Of a DNA stretch of 64,000 nt, positions 61,605 through 64,000 are shown in pieces (within the stretch, counting starts at the first letter, position 1; the number at the start of each line of letters is the position of its first letter). The notes below the pieces were generated by a model. That model was not told where the DNA came from, searched no databases, and saw only the letters and a list, made by a program, of their open reading frames with translations. Position numbers and translations under genes: made by a program. The DNA comes from Lama glama (lineage: Eukaryota): NCBI GenBank assembly GCA_028534125.1, contig CM052839.1, forward strand, positions 14,136,001 to 14,200,000, read 5' to 3'.

Positions 61605-61882
61605 GTGAGTATTCCTTCAGGACTCTCGCCTCCGGGGCCAGGACACCTGCCTTGGTTTGGCCTCACCTCCGGTTTCTCTAACTGGGGTGAAAAATATTTG
61701 GGTGATGGAAGAGCAGGCTCTGGTGATGGGGTCCCATGAGGCGCTGGTGGCACGTCCCTGGCGGGAGGGTGACGGCTCCCGGGACCTCCCTGTCCTGGTG
61801 ACTGAGGCAGCCCCACCTCACTAGGGTGCGGGGGTGGCCTGTGGGCTGGGCTTGCTCACACCAGGCCCACATGCCCTGACAG

Positions 61883-62006
61883 GTGCTGAGTGAAGTGACA
61901 GAGGACAACCTCATAGACCTGGGGCCGGGGTCTCCAGCCGTGGTGAGCCCCACCGTAGGGAGCACGGCGCCCCCGTCTTCCCTCTCCTCCCAGCTGGCGG
62001 GCTTGG
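61883..62006 (+). CDS. TOM1L2: TOM1L2 exon 10 ([41 protein letters not shown]), with clathrin-box-like LIDL
   Basis: ctgacag| acceptor, G|gtgagt donor; 124 nt, phase 0-1. Confidence 0.95.
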
Positions 62007-63366
62007 GTGAGTGTCTCTAGCCCTTCTCTCTGTGCAAGGCCTGAGAGAGCCCTGCAGGGGGTCCGTGGGGAAGCTTGTTTCCAGGCCCAGCTTCAGTTCA
62101 AAACATCTTCCCCCGAACTTAAAGTTTAAATCTGTGTTGGAAAGCCAGGGTTGGGGCGGGCCCAAGGAACGGGAAGCTGCTTGCTTCTTAAAGAAAGGTG
62201 GCGGCTGTGTTGTATCTGGAATATTCCCTGTGGTTGAAGTGATTTCCTTCTCAGTGTCAATCAGGCCAAGGGTGGCTAATAGATTTCAGTTCATTGGGTG
62301 CTAGACACAAGGGTCCAGGAAGGGTGCCGAGGCCACATCAGGGCTTGGGCAACACGCTCTGGCTGCCTGATGGTGTCAGCTGCGTGCAGAAGCAGGAAGG
62401 GGTTTGCGTCCTCGAAGCAGCATCAGCAAAAGTGCTGCATCCTCTGGAGCCTGAAACAGAGACGCCGCTTTTCCACAGTTCATTGCCTTCAAGGTGTGGG
62501 TGCGACTTGAGGTCTTACACTTGCGGGATGGTGCCAATCTATAAAAATAAAGCTGCGGTTTTGAAATAATTAATGAGCGTGACCCTCTCCAAATCTGTCC
62601 TCTACCCTGCTTTTCTGTTTTCTTTTTTCTTAATATCTGTATTTCTACTTTCACTTCATTTCAGTTGAATTGAGCTTTTATTTAGTGCCCTGTCAGTTAC
62701 TGTAACTCTGGCTTCTCGGTGTCTCATGTCTGTAGCCATAGGTTTCCCTGCTCTCAGCCCACCCAGCACGTGGCCACCAGGTTTAATTCTTAAAATTCAC
62801 ATTGAATTCTGCTGCCTCCTCTCTTTAAAAAGTCAAGTGTTTTTCCATCAGCTCCTTTACCTGGTGTTTGAGGCCTCATCCTCTGTGGCTCTCTCTCTGT
62901 GAGCCCCGTTCACATCACACCCTGGGCTCCCTGGCCTTGCACCCCTTACCCCTCACCCGCAGCCCAGGCCCCTGGTCCTGTGGCAGCTTCCAGCCTCTCC
63001 AGTGCCTCCAGCTAAGTTCTTGTCTCCGTCTGTTCCCTGACCCTGGGTACCCTGGAGGCCGAGAGCCACATCAGATTCACTCTGGTCCAGGCAGGGTTGG
63101 GCTCTGAACGCACAGGCGCCTGTGGAATCCTTGTCAAATAAACGACCAGGTCCTCAGCTGTGACCAGCCACCCGGAGTGCCCTGGGGAGGCCGGAGCCTG
63201 TGGGCCCGCCTTCTCGCCCCCGCTGGTTCCTGAGCGGCTTGGGGGTCCTTGGCTCTCCCCTCTCTCTTCTGCCCCCTCCGCCCAGAACTTCACCCCACCT
63301 GGGTGGCCCTTCACCACATCAGATCCACATTCGTTCCTGTCACCCCCCCTTGTTCTCTTGTCACAG

Positions 63367-63484
63367 ACCTGGGGACAGAGAGCGTCAGCGGCACCCTCAG
63401 TTCCCTGCAGCAGTGCAACCCCCGGGACAGCTTTGACATGTTTGCCCAGACAAGAGGGAGCTCCTTGGCTGAGCAACACAAGAC
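63367..63484 (+). CDS. TOM1L2: TOM1L2 exon 11 ((D)LGTESVSGTLSSLQQCNPRDSFDMFAQTRGSSLAEQHK(T)); remaining exons lie beyond the window
   Basis: cttgtcacag| acceptor, |gtacgt donor; 118 nt, phase 1-2; FDMFAQTR motif. Confidence 0.96.
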
Positions 63485-64000
63485 GTACGTGGGGACCCTG
63501 TCGAAGGCTCTCGGGAGACCCTGGGGGGTGATTGACCCCCGTCTGGCCCCACACTAGCACGAGAGGCCTTTTGTTCGCCGGGTCCAGGACCTCTGAGAAC
63601 TCTAAACTCTGGCTGTTGGGACTTGTCGGTAGGCGCGACGTGGAATGGGGGCCAGCACTCCACTGTGGGGCATGTGTCACGGCTCCTCCGCCAGTCACAG
63701 GAGTGGAGGGGGCTCTGCTGTTCTCTCTGCTGCCTCGTGACCTCGTCTGCCGGCAGGCAGGGCCCCCAGGGGTGCAGGCAGGGCTTCCCCGACAGCAGCT
63801 CTGAGCACCGTGAGCCATGTGGATGTGGGGTAGTCGAATCCAGAATCCACAGCCCCTGCAGCTCTCTAGAACCCACTTTCAGCTTTCTGTCCAGCCTAAA
63901 GGCAGGTGAGGGACACTGTTCCCCACCTCCCCAGGGACCCAATGTCTTGACACATGGAGGTCTCTGAACCCCGTGCTCAGGACTCAGCGGTGGACCAGAA

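Overview
GC-rich mammalian genomic DNA, almost certainly camelid, judging by five tRNA-derived vic-1-type SINEs and camelid-type L1 3' ends. It holds the 5' ends of two head-to-head genes sharing a CpG-island promoter (~5.5-7.0 kb). DRC3/LRRC48 is on the minus strand, with its first two coding exons at 2493-2337 and 300-184, continuing off the left edge. TOM1L2 is on the plus strand, with coding exons 1-11 at 6384-63484 (1178 nt of CDS, all GT-AG and phase-consistent), continuing off the right edge. The ~34 kb first intron of TOM1L2 is filled with decayed L1, L2, MIR, LTR and SINE copies. Nearly all entries in the ORF track are GC-rich noise or antisense shadows. I see no prokaryote-style novel system. 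The best leads are: (1) an ~80-nt HNRNPA1 mRNA 3'-end retrocopy sitting exactly at a large internal deletion of an L1; (2) RFX X-box and FOX motifs in a promoter shared by two cilia-related genes; (3) an in-frame 24-nt shortening of TOM1L2 exon 6 versus human; (4) a strong AT-to-GC substitution bias in both repeats and TOM1L2 protein; (5) a 19-bp minisatellite with 7-unit higher-order structure. Comparisons with human proteins and repeat consensi are from memory and need alignment to confirm.
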